A stretch of 64,000 nucleotides of DNA from an uncultured cyanobacterium (lineage in GTDB: Bacteria; Cyanobacteriota; Cyanobacteriia; Cyanobacteriales; CAWUOF01), in contig CAVUSO010000001.1 in the NCBI GenBank assembly GCA_963744145.1, positions 3,680,001-3,744,000 on the forward strand, read 5' to 3'. Of the stretch, positions 1-9,709 are shown piece after piece; within the stretch, counting starts at the first letter, position 1; every line of letters starts with the position of its first letter. The notes under the pieces are model-generated. The model worked only from the letters and a program-made list of their open reading frames with translations, was not told where the DNA came from and did no database searches. The position numbers and the translations under genes are program-made.

Positions 1-2
1 GA

Positions 3-104
3 CTTTTAATTAGTAAAGAACTAGAAAAGATGAATTCAAAAGTAATTGCCTCAATTACGGGACGAGCCTATATATTAGAGGCACTATCTGTAGTCGGCAT
101 TTAG
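3..104 (+). CDS. 3' end of a gene entering from the left edge; product unknown (VIASITGRAYI loosely resembles proline-racemase/DAP-epimerase-fold C-termini)
   Basis: Open frame LLISKELEKMNSKVIASITGRAYILEALSVVGI* ending TAG 102-104. Confidence 0.35.
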   Translation, partial: LLISKELEKMNSKVIASITGRAYILEALSVVGI

Positions 105-323
105 AGAATTGGTATTACTCGGTGACCAACGCTTATCGCAACCATTGCAATTCTGGTTAGGATAGCATCTTGTCATGGATAATCATTAGAGCTATTTATT
201 TGATGACTAATGCTAATTGTGACTATCAACAGCAGTGCGATCGCTCATAAATTTTCCCAGGATTTAAGCATGGTAAATCAAAATGTATGTTAAACTAAAA
301 ATTAGTCTTTTTCTTTATTTAAT

Positions 324-650
324 ATGATACTGAAAGAATTAGAGCATCAACTGCTAGCCTTATCTGATCATGAACAAGCTCAAGTTGTACAACTTCTATC
401 TCAAGGCAAAATCACTCTCGGACGTGGGATTGAAAAAACGACTGGTGTTTGTGGTGGTAGTGCCTGTATTGCGGGAACTCGCAGTACCGTTTGGGGGTTG
501 GTAGAAGCTCGTCAGATTGGATATAGTGAAGCTGATTTACTAATTAGCTATCCATCTCTATCTGCAACTGATTTGGCAAATGCTTGGGCTTATGCTGAAG
601 CTTTTTCCCAGGAAATTGAAACAGAAATTCGGGAAAATGCCCAAGACTAG
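324..650 (+). CDS. DUF433-domain antitoxin (last ~5 codons replaced at a junction; cognate toxin absent)
   Basis: GVCGGSACIAGTR..YPSLS..DL motif; near-identical to 7257, 15302, 37434. Confidence 0.8.
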   Translation: MILKELEHQLLALSDHEQAQVVQLLSQGKITLGRGIEKTTGVCGGSACIAGTRSTVWGLVEARQIGYSEADLLISYPSLSATDLANAWAYAEAFSQEIETEIRENAQD

Positions 651-797
651 AATATATTGGTATAGAGACGATTTGAGCGATCGCATTATTATCTAAAACA
701 ATATATAAAGATTTATGACAATATCGGTTGAAATTGGATAAATGTTGGGTTATTTTCTAGCCATCAAATCTTGTTTATATAAAATATCAGGGTAATT

Positions 798-1214
798 ATG
801 GCAAGGCTAGTTCTACAAGATCAGAATAAAAGGGTCAACTTAGACTGGTGGGTATTAGTTCTCGGTGGGATGGTTTTGTGTGGCAATGGATTAGGGACAC
901 AGAGGGCGATCGCCGCTAATGGTGTTCCTAGTGTAATTGCACAACAAACAGAAAATGATTCCACAGATAAAACTAATGCGGATCGCCTTTTGCAAGAAGG
1001 AGAACAGCTATATAAACAGCATTCAGTAGAATCTTTAAAAGAAGCTCTGGCCAAATGGAAAGCAGCAGGAGAGTTGTATCATCGTATAGGCGATCGCGCT
1101 GGTGAAACCGATCCCCTCACTCATCTCGGTTTAGTTTACTCAGAATTGGGGGGAAAAGCAGAAAACCATAAAATACTACAATCAGTCCTTGCCCCTCAGT
1201 CAGGCTGTGGGTGA
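798..1214 (+). pseudogene. Truncated, frameshifted N-terminus of the TPR-CHAT gene (signal region + one TPR unit)
   Basis: Near-identical to starts of 11924 and 17280; frame lost at the G/A run ~1147-1157; similarity ends at GGTGATCGC ~1211. Confidence 0.85.
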
Positions 1215-1415
1215 TCGCCCTCAACTCATCTCAATTTAGGTTTATGATCGCGATCGCACTCAGGTATTTTTAGTTTAAGCGATCATCGTCAATTATTTTG
1301 ATGATAGCGATCACGGTGAGAGACTATAATAGAAGAACAAAGATGAGCATCTAGATAATTGGCAGAAATGACTAGAAGTAGGTATAATGGATCTAAAATT
1401 ATTCAGATTTAGCTT

Positions 1416-1649
1416 ATGACGGTAGCTCAATTGAGTGGAAACTATGAAATCGAGATTCCGATAGCAGTGCGAGAACTATTGAATCTGAAACCGGGTGATT
1501 CTCTACAAGTAAAAGTAGTGGATGGCCATGTGGTGATGGTGCCAATTCCCAGCCACACTTCCAACTTGTTTGGAAAGCATAAGCACCTCTGGCAGGGAGT
1601 GGATGCTGTTGCCTATATTCGTCAGGAACGTGAGTCATGGCGCGATTAG
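1416..1649 (+). CDS. AbrB/MazE/SpoVT-family antitoxin
   Basis: IEIPIAVRELLNLKPGDSL motif; overlaps PIN gene. Confidence 0.85.
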   Translation: MTVAQLSGNYEIEIPIAVRELLNLKPGDSLQVKVVDGHVVMVPIPSHTSNLFGKHKHLWQGVDAVAYIRQERESWRD

Positions 1650-2083
1650 AAGACCTGGAGGGTGTTAATGTTGCCTTGGACAGTGTGATTTTTATTTATG
1701 CCCTAGAAGGAAATCTAGAATTTGGTCAACTAGCACGACAAATGTTGGAGATGATAGAACAGCGGAAATGCCAAGGGTTTGCCTGTGACTTGGTAATAGC
1801 TGAATTAATGGTTAAGCCATTGCGTCAAGGATATCCCGAAATTGCCGAAGAATATGCTAGAGATTTGCCATCTTTTCCTAATCTAAAGTTTTGCTCTATA
1901 ACTCAGAAGATTGTTATTGGGGCAGCTCGTCTGCGTGGTAATAGTAATCTGGGTTTGATTGATGCTTTGCATTTGGCGACTGCTGTAGAATTTGGATGTA
2001 CGGTTTTTCTGACTAATGATGCGGCTCTTCGTCACCCCGATGTAAGGTTAGATATTTGGATGCTTGGAGATATTAACAGTTGA
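1637..2083 (+). CDS. VapC/PIN-domain toxin, apparently intact
   Basis: VALDSVIFIY, AEL, DALHLATA, FLTND acidic PIN motifs. Confidence 0.85.
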   Translation: MARLEDLEGVNVALDSVIFIYALEGNLEFGQLARQMLEMIEQRKCQGFACDLVIAELMVKPLRQGYPEIAEEYARDLPSFPNLKFCSITQKIVIGAARLRGNSNLGLIDALHLATAVEFGCTVFLTNDAALRHPDVRLDIWMLGDINS

Positions 2084-2281
2084 TTTTCCTAGCTCTTTTA
2101 CGATTATTCCGATCGCCCGATCGCCACGAAAAAGATTAAGTTAATTATAGGATAGCTGGGAGCGATCGCTGTGAAAAAGATAGTAATTAGATATTTTTGC
2201 CCTGGTTGCTCAAGAGGAAATAAGGTTTAAAATCTAAGCATCGATAAATATATAAAGACTCATCCTATTATAGGACATAGA

Positions 2282-2461
2282 AACCTCAAGAATTATTAGA
2301 TTTTAGTGCTAATCGTCAAGCACTTAATAGTAATTCTCATCTTAATCAATACCAAATTATTCATTTAGCCACCCACGGTTTTGTTGATACCGAACATCCA
2401 GAACTCTCTGGAATACTTTTATCTTTAGTAGATCAAGAAGAAAACTATGAAAACGGTTACT
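2282..2461 (+). pseudogene. Isolated internal fragment of the CHAT domain (HLATHG region)
   Basis: Near-identical to ~14027-14206 and ~20476-20655. Confidence 0.85.
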
Positions 2462-2665
2462 CGGTGACCAACGCTTATCGCAACCACTGCAATTCTGGTT
2501 AGGATAGCATCTTGTCATGGATAATCATTAGAGCTATTTATTTGACGACCAATGCTAATTGGGACTGCCAACAGCAGTGCGATCGCTCATAAATTTTCCC
2601 AGGATTTAAGCATGGTAAATCAAAATGTATGTTAAACTAAAAATTAGCCTTTTTCTTTATTTACT

Positions 2666-2922
2666 ATGACACTGAAAGAATTAGAGCCTCAACTGCTAGC
2701 CTTATCTGATCATGAACAAGCTCAAGTTGTACAACTTCTATCTCAAGGCAAAATCACTCTCGGACGTGGGATTGAAAAAACGCCTGATGTTTGTGGTGGT
2801 AGTGCCTGTATTGCGGGAACTCGCAGTACCGTTTGGGGTTGGTAGAAGCTCGTCAGATTGGATATAGCGAAGCTGATTTACTCATTAGTTATCCAGCTCT
2901 ATCTGCAACTGATCTGGCAAAT
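2666..2922 (+). pseudogene. DUF433 antitoxin copy, frameshifted and truncated
   Basis: ATG 2666; G-run one base shorter at ~2835; homology stops at GGCAAATG 2923. Confidence 0.8.
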
Positions 2923-2923
2923 G

Positions 2924-2999
2924 ACATTTCTCCATCAGCCGCAACTAAATCAATTTCAAAAAATAGCTCTCCCATCTCGCCAAAGCACCCATTAATCAT
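2924..2999 (-). pseudogene. 5' fragment of clan AA aspartyl protease gene
   Basis: Matches 8317-8392. Confidence 0.75.
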
Positions 3000-3314
3000 A
3001 GAGTACCGCAAGCTCCAGTTTCATTGAGACGGTGAATCCCGATCATCCCACGGGGATACTTCTCACGAGCTTTTTGAACAGCAATTTCCTCATCGCGATC
3101 GATGAAATAGTCTCCACTGTTTGGCTCAATCACGATCAACCAGTTGTAATGATGATCTATTAGTTCAGGACTAACCAAGCGTAAAAACTTCCCGATAACG
3201 CTGACAGCGGGCATCTTTTTCAGATTTAAGCCTAGCTAAGTCTTCTGGTGATCTCCTAAATTCAGGAAATAACCTACCTCGACGATGAGGGCGATTTGAT
3301 GTGGTTTGAGTCAT
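2996..3314 (-). pseudogene. Small partner of aspartyl protease (DUF5678-like), frameshifted
   Basis: MTQTTSNRPHRRGRLFPE.. start 3314, +1 shift near 3185, continues as SPELIDHHYNW..GDYFID. Confidence 0.65.
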
Positions 3315-3534
3315 TGCTCGAATTTGTATTCAACTAGATCCAATTATATCTGCCATATTCCTAAGCATACAAGTATCCTTAAATTCGGCGATCGCATGAT
3401 ATTAATACCATAAACTATTAAAGAACTCTATTATAACACATCTGACGCCTTGTTCAGCAGTTGGCAAAGTCTATACACCTCGTCAGCATATACCTTAAAT
3501 GATTACGATACTAAAGGCTGACTATACCTACGCA

Positions 3535-3900
3535 TTACAACTCATTGATGGTCACTACACCACCTTCGGTGAACTGAATGATAAGTTCTTGATCGTTTAG
3601 CAGAGCAGTTCCCACTAAGGGTCGTCTTCCTGTAGCAATTACATAAACTTCTCTCTCTTCCCCGTCCCAGATGACAACTGCTTCATGGACTGGTAATAAA
3701 ACCTCGCGGTTGTCTGCCAAGTTTGCTGGGAGATCGTATAGGAAAGGTAGTCTCAATAATGAAACAGTTTCTGAAGGCAAACAAAGATGTCCAGTAAATC
3801 CAGTATCAATGACGAATTCAATCGGTATGCTTGAGCCGTTGAAGAGCAGAAATGTCAACGTGACGATTGCGTGTCTATCAGTCACAATTCCGGAAATCAC
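3535..3900 (-). CDS. Clan AA (retropepsin-like) aspartyl protease
   Basis: VIDTGFTG catalytic motif; PLVGTALL. Confidence 0.85.
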   Translation of the reverse strand: MISGIVTDRHAIVTLTFLLFNGSSIPIEFVIDTGFTGHLCLPSETVSLLRLPFLYDLPANLADNREVLLPVHEAVVIWDGEEREVYVIATGRRPLVGTALLNDQELIIQFTEGGVVTINEL

Positions 3901-4169
3901 TGGTAGACACGCTCCATGATGCCACCGAATGACACAGCTACATTGTACCCAATTCGGATACCGAAGAGACGGGCATTTGGATGTTTGGCGCTGAGTGATC
4001 GGGCTGCTTTTAACCCAGTTTCATCTATTTCGTAGTCTCCTGATTCAAAGTCAATAATGACCATTTTACCGATATTTTCGTCAATTTCTACTTGTTGGCG
4101 GATGGTGCTTTCATACAATTTCTTGGCTCGTTTTCCAACTTCTTCGCGACTTAAAAGAATTGCTTGCAT
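3897..4169 (-). CDS. Small partner protein of aspartyl protease (DUF5678-like)
   Basis: GKMVIIDFESGDYEID..RIG motif; 4-bp overlap with protease. Confidence 0.7.
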   Translation of the reverse strand: MQAILLSREEVGKRAKKLYESTIRQQVEIDENIGKMVIIDFESGDYEIDETGLKAARSLSAKHPNARLFGIRIGYNVAVSFGGIMERVYQ

Positions 4170-4237
4170 CGTCTAACCTCCGCTCGCTATGCTGACTTTT
4201 ATTAACTTCTTTATCATATCTTACGGATCAACAAGAA

Positions 4238-4308
4238 TCGCACATTCAACGGTAGATGGTTTCAATTTCTTGAAATGCGGGTGGTTGGATCAGAATTTGA
4301 TAACTCAT
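4238..4308 (-). pseudogene. RelE/ParE-like toxin remnant
   Basis: MSYQILIQPPAFQEIETIYR* overlapping the antitoxin stop; early TGA then truncation. Confidence 0.6.
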
Positions 4309-4571
4309 CGACGGGGAGGAATGTTGAACTGCTGCTGTAGCGCGGTCATGGCTGGATCTGCTGGAATACCTTCACCTCGATCAAAGCTTTCTAGTCCTTT
4401 GCGGATACCGATGATGGCTTCAAGGTAGTCGATTCTTTCTAGCAGTTGTTCGTAGGTATTGAGTTGGTGGTATGGAGACGATTTGAGCGATCGCATCAAG
4501 CTAAGAAGATCGACGAGCTGTTCGTTAGGGGTGCTATCGATTTCTTGGATCAGGAGTTCTTTGATGGTCAT
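4305..4571 (-). CDS. Putative antitoxin (DUF2281-like N-terminus; IRKGLESFDRGEG C-terminus)
   Basis: 88-aa ORF coupled to ParE-like remnant. Confidence 0.65.
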   Translation of the reverse strand: MTIKELLIQEIDSTPNEQLVDLLSLMRSLKSSPYHQLNTYEQLLERIDYLEAIIGIRKGLESFDRGEGIPADPAMTALQQQFNIPPRR

Positions 4572-4770
4572 TGCAGCATCGGTGGTCGGATTGATACTTT
4601 GATTATAACGAGCGTCATCGCCTTTTATTTTGTACCGGAGTTCTTAATTTCTGGGGAATCGCTCTTTGATTTGAGGCGATCGCTACCCAGAAACAAGAAA
4701 CAGCGATCGCTCATCATACTGCTTGGTATTTGTCCGGAGTTGCGATTACCCTTTATGATTAGTGGTGCGA

Positions 4771-4965
4771 TTACCGATGATCTTGTCCGATTTGCTCCAA
4801 CGATTTATTAGACCTCCGCTTGATTGGTAGTGTCACAACACTTTGCTGATGAGCATTCTGCTTATTTCGCAAATCGTTAAATATTGCATCCATATCGTAG
4901 TCAAAGGATCTGGCATATTCTTCTCTGTATTTGTGAATTTCTTCGATAATTTTGTCTTTCCACAT
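4771..4965 (-). CDS. Small antitoxin-like protein found downstream of PIN genes
   Basis: MWKDKIIEEIHKYREEYARSFDYD motif; copy at 25802. Confidence 0.65.
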   Translation of the reverse strand: MWKDKIIEEIHKYREEYARSFDYDMDAIFNDLRNKQNAHQQSVVTLPIKRRSNKSLEQIGQDHR

Positions 4966-4983
4966 GGGCGATTCTCCTGTAAA

Positions 4984-5077
4984 TTAATATCCGAGCAACT
5001 GATATGGTGTATAGATAACTGGTAACTCGTAACCTAAGCTAGCACTAATTTGTGATAGCTTTTTCTGAATTTGGGCA
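4984..5077 (-). pseudogene. 3' remnant of a PIN-domain toxin
   Basis: AQIQKKLSQISASLGYELPVIYTPYQLLGY*; cut at the MITE end. Confidence 0.6.
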
Positions 5078-5209
5078 TAGGGTTCAGTTAATTGTAGGGG
5101 TGAAGTATTCGGGCGACAATTGAGCGATCGAACCAATAATATTAGATCCGAATGCTTCACCCTTCTTCTAAAGCCGAGATATCCAAAAATATTCTTAACT
5201 GAGCCCTAT
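5077..5209. mobile_element. MITE-like element with ~15-bp terminal inverted repeats and internal hairpin
   Basis: ATAGGGTTCAGTTAA...TTAACTGAGCCCTAT; internal GGGTGAAGTATTCGG/CCGAATGCTTCACCC. Confidence 0.7.
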
Positions 5210-5214
5210 TGAAC

Positions 5215-5870
5215 TATAAATAGGCGATCGCGGAGCTGATAATTGGTGGTACGATCGCTTTTGCTAAAAATCCTACTCAATTTTCATGAATGTTGGAGTA
5301 AACATAACCGATGGGAGAATGGCGATCGCATGATGTTAATACCAATATGCTTTCTGTTTCCCGATGCCAAAATTCAACTTTGCATATTCCCAAATAATTG
5401 AACTGGGATTGAGTTGGTGGTATGGAGACGATTTGAGCGATCGCATTATCTAAAACAATAGATGAAGCTTTATGACAATATCGGGTGAAATTGGATAAAT
5501 GTTGGGTTATTTTCTAGCCATGAAATCAAATCTTGTTTATATAAAATATTAGGGTAATTATGGCCAGGCTAGTTCTACAAGATCAGAATAAAAGGGTCAA
5601 CTTAGACTGGTGGGTATTAGTTCTCGGTGGGATGGTTTTGTGTGGCAATGGATTAGGGACACAGAGGGCGATCGCTGCTAATGGTGCACCCAGTCTAATT
5701 GCACAACAAACAGAAAATGATTCCACCGATAAAGCTAATGCTGATCGCCTTTCGCAGGAAGGAGGACAGCTATATAAACAGCATTCAGTAGAATCTTTAA
5801 AAGCAGCTCTAGCCAAATTGAAAGCAGCAGGAGAGTTGTATCATCGTATAGGCGATCGTGCTGGTGAAGC
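5215..5870 (+). repeat. Spacer + TPR promoter + TPR N-terminus module, repeated at ~11581-12235 and ~16938-17580 (partial at 665, 8814, 21097)
   Basis: Near-identical sequence on direct comparison. Confidence 0.9.
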
Positions 5871-6000
5871 TATTATCCTCAACAATCTCGGTGGTGTTTA
5901 CGATGATTTGGGGGAAAAGCAGGAAGCAATCAAATCCTACAATCAGTCCTTGCCCCTCAGTCGGGCGGTGGGCGATCACTCTCAGTTCATCTCAATTTAG
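5560..6000 (+). pseudogene. Truncated TPR-CHAT gene (signal region + one TPR unit)
   Basis: Homology to 17280 ends at GGCGATCAC ~5971. Confidence 0.85.
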
Positions 6001-6142
6001 GTTTATGATCGCGATCGCACTCAGGTATTTTTATCTAAAGCGATCGCCCACTCAGCTCAGAGAATAAAAACTTATGAGAAATTGTTTGATATTTGCGGCA
6101 AAGTGCGATAAACTTAACTTACTAACTTGGTTTTTAAGGAAT

Positions 6143-6259
6143 ATGGAAACTGTAAATATTGATGAGGCTAAAACGAATCTCTCAGCACTATTATCGCGGG
6201 TAGAGATTGGAGAAGAAATCATTATTTCAAAAATTGGTATCTGTAGGATCAAAGAATAA
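6143..6259 (+). pseudogene. Truncated Phd/YefM antitoxin
   Basis: METVNIDEAKTNLS; matches 9464 only up to ~6240. Confidence 0.75.
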
Positions 6260-6314
6260 AAGATTTATGATGTTTGAGAAAGACTCAATTATTAAAAACT
6301 CTTTCAGCTAAATA

Positions 6315-6542
6315 ATGACCCAAATTACTACGACTGAATTACCCCAAATGCTCCAGACTCTACTGATAGAGGTCGAACGGACCAAAACTTCCCTAACCGT
6401 TATCCATGAAGGAAAACCATTAGTAATTATTTATCCTGCTACCACCACCTCACGCCCCACATTTGGTGCAATGAAAGGAAGTGGTGAAATATTAGGGGAT
6501 TTAATCGCTCCTGTAGCGGAAGTCTGGGAGGTTTTAGAATGA
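6315..6542 (+). CDS. Phd/YefM-family antitoxin
   Basis: HEGKPLVII, FGAMKGSGEILGDLIAP; ATGA overlap with PIN; copy at 36040. Confidence 0.8.
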   Translation: MTQITTTELPQMLQTLLIEVERTKTSLTVIHEGKPLVIIYPATTTSRPTFGAMKGSGEILGDLIAPVAEVWEVLE

Positions 6543-6766
6543 AACTTTTACTCGATACCCATATTTGGCTTAGGTATTTACTAGGTGACCAACGCTTATC
6601 GCAACCATTGCAAACGGCGATCGCCGATCCTAACACTGAAATTTGGCTGAGTCCAACTAGCATTTGGGAGACACTCATCCTTGCAGAAAAAAGACGGATA
6701 GGGTTAAAATTAGCTACGGTTGATGCCAACATTACAGGTAATTCAGCCCTACAAACACTCAGTTAG
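6539..6766 (+). pseudogene. VapC toxin with in-frame internal deletion
   Basis: LLLDTH..SIWE joined to LATVD; 75 aa, lacks DPxDR segment. Confidence 0.75.
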
Positions 6767-6795
6767 GCAAACTTCACCCGTTACAATATTTAATT

Positions 6796-7046
6796 ATGTC
6801 TGCTAAAGATATATTTCACAACTATCAGCAATCTCTGAATTTCATATAGCCGTTGGTCAATTTCTGAATTATCAGGTAGCCTTAGATAAATTAGACCTAG
6901 AATGGATACTGTATTTAGCTATACCCACGGATATTTATCAAGATTTTTTTACAGATTCATTTGTGCAAGAGGTGGTTAAACGATTTCAAATTAAGTTGCT
7001 GGTTTTTCATATTCAGAAACAGGAGATAGTGCTATGGATAGATTAG
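6796..7046 (+). pseudogene. xisH: xisH-family copy with 169-bp internal deletion
   Basis: Equals 36521-36940 minus 36547-36715. Confidence 0.85.
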
Positions 7047-7151
7047 ATTATCGCGAATTGGTAAAAAAAATTATCCAACAACACGCCAAGGAGCGATCAA
7101 AAGAAGACCCAAATCAAACTCAGATTGTTTTTGATGAGGAACGCGATCGCT
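7034..7151 (+). pseudogene. xisI: xisI-family 5' fragment
   Basis: Matches 36928 up to the HIP1 site at ~7144. Confidence 0.8.
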
Positions 7152-7256
7152 ACTTATGCCAACAGCAGTGCGATCGCTCATAAATTTTCCCAGGATTTAA
7201 GCATGGTAAATCAAAATGTATGTTAAACTAAAAATTAGCCTTTTTCTTTATTTACT

Positions 7257-7598
7257 ATGATACTGAAAGAATTAGAGCATCAACTGCTAGCCTTATCTGA
7301 TCATGAAAAAGCCCAAGTTGTACAACTTCTATCTCAAGGCAAAATCACTCTCGGACATGGTATTGAAAAAACGCCTGGTGTTTGTGGCGGTAGTGCCTGT
7401 ATTGCGGGAACTCGCAGTACCGTTTGGGGGTTGGTAGAAGCTCGTCAGATTGGATATAGCGAAGCTGATTTACTCATTAGCTATCCATCTCTATCTGCAA
7501 CTGATTTGGCAAATGCTTGGGCTTATGCTGAAGCTTTTCCCCAGGAAATTGAAACGGAAATTCGGGAAAATGCCCAAGAGATGTACGAGGATTCATAG
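7257..7598 (+). CDS. DUF433-domain antitoxin
   Basis: TPGVCGGSACIAGTR motif. Confidence 0.85.
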   Translation: MILKELEHQLLALSDHEKAQVVQLLSQGKITLGHGIEKTPGVCGGSACIAGTRSTVWGLVEARQIGYSEADLLISYPSLSATDLANAWAYAEAFPQEIETEIRENAQEMYEDS

Positions 7599-7601
7599 TC
7601 G

Positions 7602-7721
7602 ATGGCGCGTCTCTATGCCGATGAACAATATCCTTATCCTGTGGTAGAATTACTGCGAATTTTAGGGCATGATGTCTTAACTGTTCAAGAAGCAAATAAC
7701 TGTATAACAACCTGTAGCTGA
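7602..7721 (+). pseudogene. DUF5615/PIN-like toxin 5' fragment
   Basis: MARLYADEQYPYPVVELLRILGHDVLTVQEA then unrelated tail and stop. Confidence 0.75.
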
Positions 7722-7733
7722 ATCTGGTAGGTT

Positions 7734-7940
7734 TTAGAATGAAACTTTTACTCGATCCCCTGTCTCAAATTCAGCAATAGCTTCTTGTGCTAGGGCTTCT
7801 AGCTTACCATCAGCAATATCTTTCTCTAATTATTTATCCCAGCGTTGATAATCTAGATCGGCAAACCACTCTAAGAGTTTTCGATACTCATCTGGCGGTA
7901 GCTGGAGAATGGCAGATTCAATTTGCTTAAGTGTTAGCAT
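7734..7940 (-). pseudogene. Antitoxin-like gene copy with nonsense codon
   Basis: Matches 15658-15834; CAA>TAA at ~7830. Confidence 0.65.
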
Positions 7941-8023
7941 TGGAATTTAATCAATTTAATTCTGAGCATATTATAGCTTTTCTGTGATCATCGTGACTGT
8001 CAAAGCAGATCGCCCTTTAATCT

Positions 8024-8392
8024 TTATCCCAAAGTCAACACTCCGGCTGTAAAATTCACAGCTAACGGCAGCATTTTCAACCACTGCAAACCTAAAATCG
8101 ACTCAGGAATTCCCGCTCCTACTAACACAGGGATTACATCCTCTTGTTCATTCAATACAACTTTTCCCTCAAAAATATCAAAATACTCCTCACCCCGTGC
8201 TGTTTGCATAACTCGTTCGCTTTCAAGCATCAACCAACCCAAACTGAAAGCATCTTGAGTATCCAGTGCTAACCAACCTGTTGTAAACCCAGTATCTAAT
8301 AACACTTCAATCGAGAACATTTCTCCATCAGCGGCAACTAAATCAATTTCAAAAAATAGCTCTCCCATCTCGCCAAAGCACCCATTAATCAT
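8024..8392 (-). CDS. Clan AA aspartyl protease
   Basis: LLDTGFT motif; ILGLQWL. Confidence 0.85.
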   Translation of the reverse strand: MINGCFGEMGELFFEIDLVAADGEMFSIEVLLDTGFTTGWLALDTQDAFSLGWLMLESERVMQTARGEEYFDIFEGKVVLNEQEDVIPVLVGAGIPESILGLQWLKMLPLAVNFTAGVLTLG

Positions 8393-8707
8393 AGAGTACC
8401 GCAAGCTCCAGTTTCATTGAGACGGTGAATCCCAATCATCCCACGGGGATACTTCTCACGAGCTTTTTGAACAGCAATTTCCTCATCGCGATCGATGAAA
8501 TAGTCTCCACTGTTTGGCTCAATCACGATAAACCAGTTGTAATGATGATCTATTAGTTCAGGACTAACCAAGCGTAAAAACTTCCCGATAACGCTGACAG
8601 CGGGCATCTTTTTCAGCTTTAAGCCTAGCTAAGTCTTCTGGTGATCTCCTAAATTCAGGAAATAACCTACCTCGACGATGAGGGCGATTTGACGTGGTTT
8701 GAGTCAT
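8389..8707 (-). pseudogene. Protease partner (DUF5678-like), same frameshift as 2996 copy
   Basis: Near-identical to 2996-3314. Confidence 0.65.
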
Positions 8708-8821
8708 TGCTCGAATTTGTATTCAACTAGATCCAATTATATCTGCCAATTTTCCAAGCATACAAGTATCCTTAAATTAGGCGATCGCATGATATTAATA
8801 CCATAAACTATTAGGGTAATG

Positions 8822-9175
8822 ATGGCAAGGCTAGTTCTACAGGATCAGAATAGAATGGTCAACTTAGGCTGGTGGGTATTGGTTCTGGGTGGGATGATTT
8901 TGTGTGGCAGTGGATTAGGGACACAGAAGGTGATCGCCGCTAATAGTGTTCCAGGGTAATTGCACAACAAACCGAAAATGATTCCACAGATAAATCTAAT
9001 GCTGATCGCCTTTGGCAGGAAGAATTACAGCTATATAAAGAGCATTCAGTAGAATCTTTAGAAGAAGCTCTGGCCAAATGGAAAGCAGCAGGAGAGTTGT
9101 ATCATCGTATCGGCGATCGCACTGGTGAAGCTGATACTTTTCTTGGCATTGGTAGTGCTTACTTAGATTTAGGGG
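8822..9175 (+). pseudogene. Frameshifted TPR-CHAT N-terminal fragment
   Basis: ATGGCAAGGCTAGTTCTACA start; 1-bp indels; ends within first TPR. Confidence 0.8.
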
Positions 9176-9187
9176 GCGATCGATTAC

Positions 9188-9300
9188 AATTATGCTTTTC
9201 CAAAGAGACAAGATCAGCTTAGGAAAGGCTAGTGAATTGATCGGAATACATCGAATGGAATTTCAGAAATTGCTAGCCGAGCGAGATATTTGTGTTCATT
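9188..9300 (+). pseudogene. Internal fragment of UPF0175 antitoxin
   Basis: Matches ~16170-16283. Confidence 0.75.
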
Positions 9301-9463
9301 AAAAAATAGGTTTTCTTTGCTGATTATTACAAAAATATATAGGTAATTGATTATAGACAGGCGATCGCCCGCTCAGATCAGAGAATAAAAACTTATGAGA
9401 AATTGTTTTATATTTGCGGCAAAGTGCGATAAAATTAACTTACTAAGTTGTTTTTTAAGGAAT

Positions 9464-9709
9464 ATGGAAACTGTAAATATTGATGAAGCTAAAACGAATC
9501 TCTCAGCACTATTATCGCGGGTAGAGCTTGGAGAAGAAATCATTATTTCAAAAATTGGTATTCCGATCGCGAAGTTGGTTCCGTTTCGTAGATCATCCAA
9601 TCGACGCGCTAGTTTAGGGCAAGATCGAGGGAGATTTATTGTACCAGAGAACTTTAATGATCCTTTACCAAAAGAGATTTTGGCTAGATTTGAGGGGGAT
9701 GAAAAGTGA
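9464..9709 (+). CDS. Phd/YefM-family antitoxin
   Basis: VNIDEAKTNLSALL..GEEIII..PIAKLVP..F.DPLP; AAGGA RBS. Confidence 0.85.
   Translation: METVNIDEAKTNLSALLSRVELGEEIIISKIGIPIAKLVPFRRSSNRRASLGQDRGRFIVPENFNDPLPKEILARFEGDEK

Larger units (their letters stand above)
4313..5265. repeat. ~950-bp block duplicated at ~25345-26320
   Basis: Collinear near-identity including antitoxins, PIN remnant and MITE. Confidence 0.85.
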
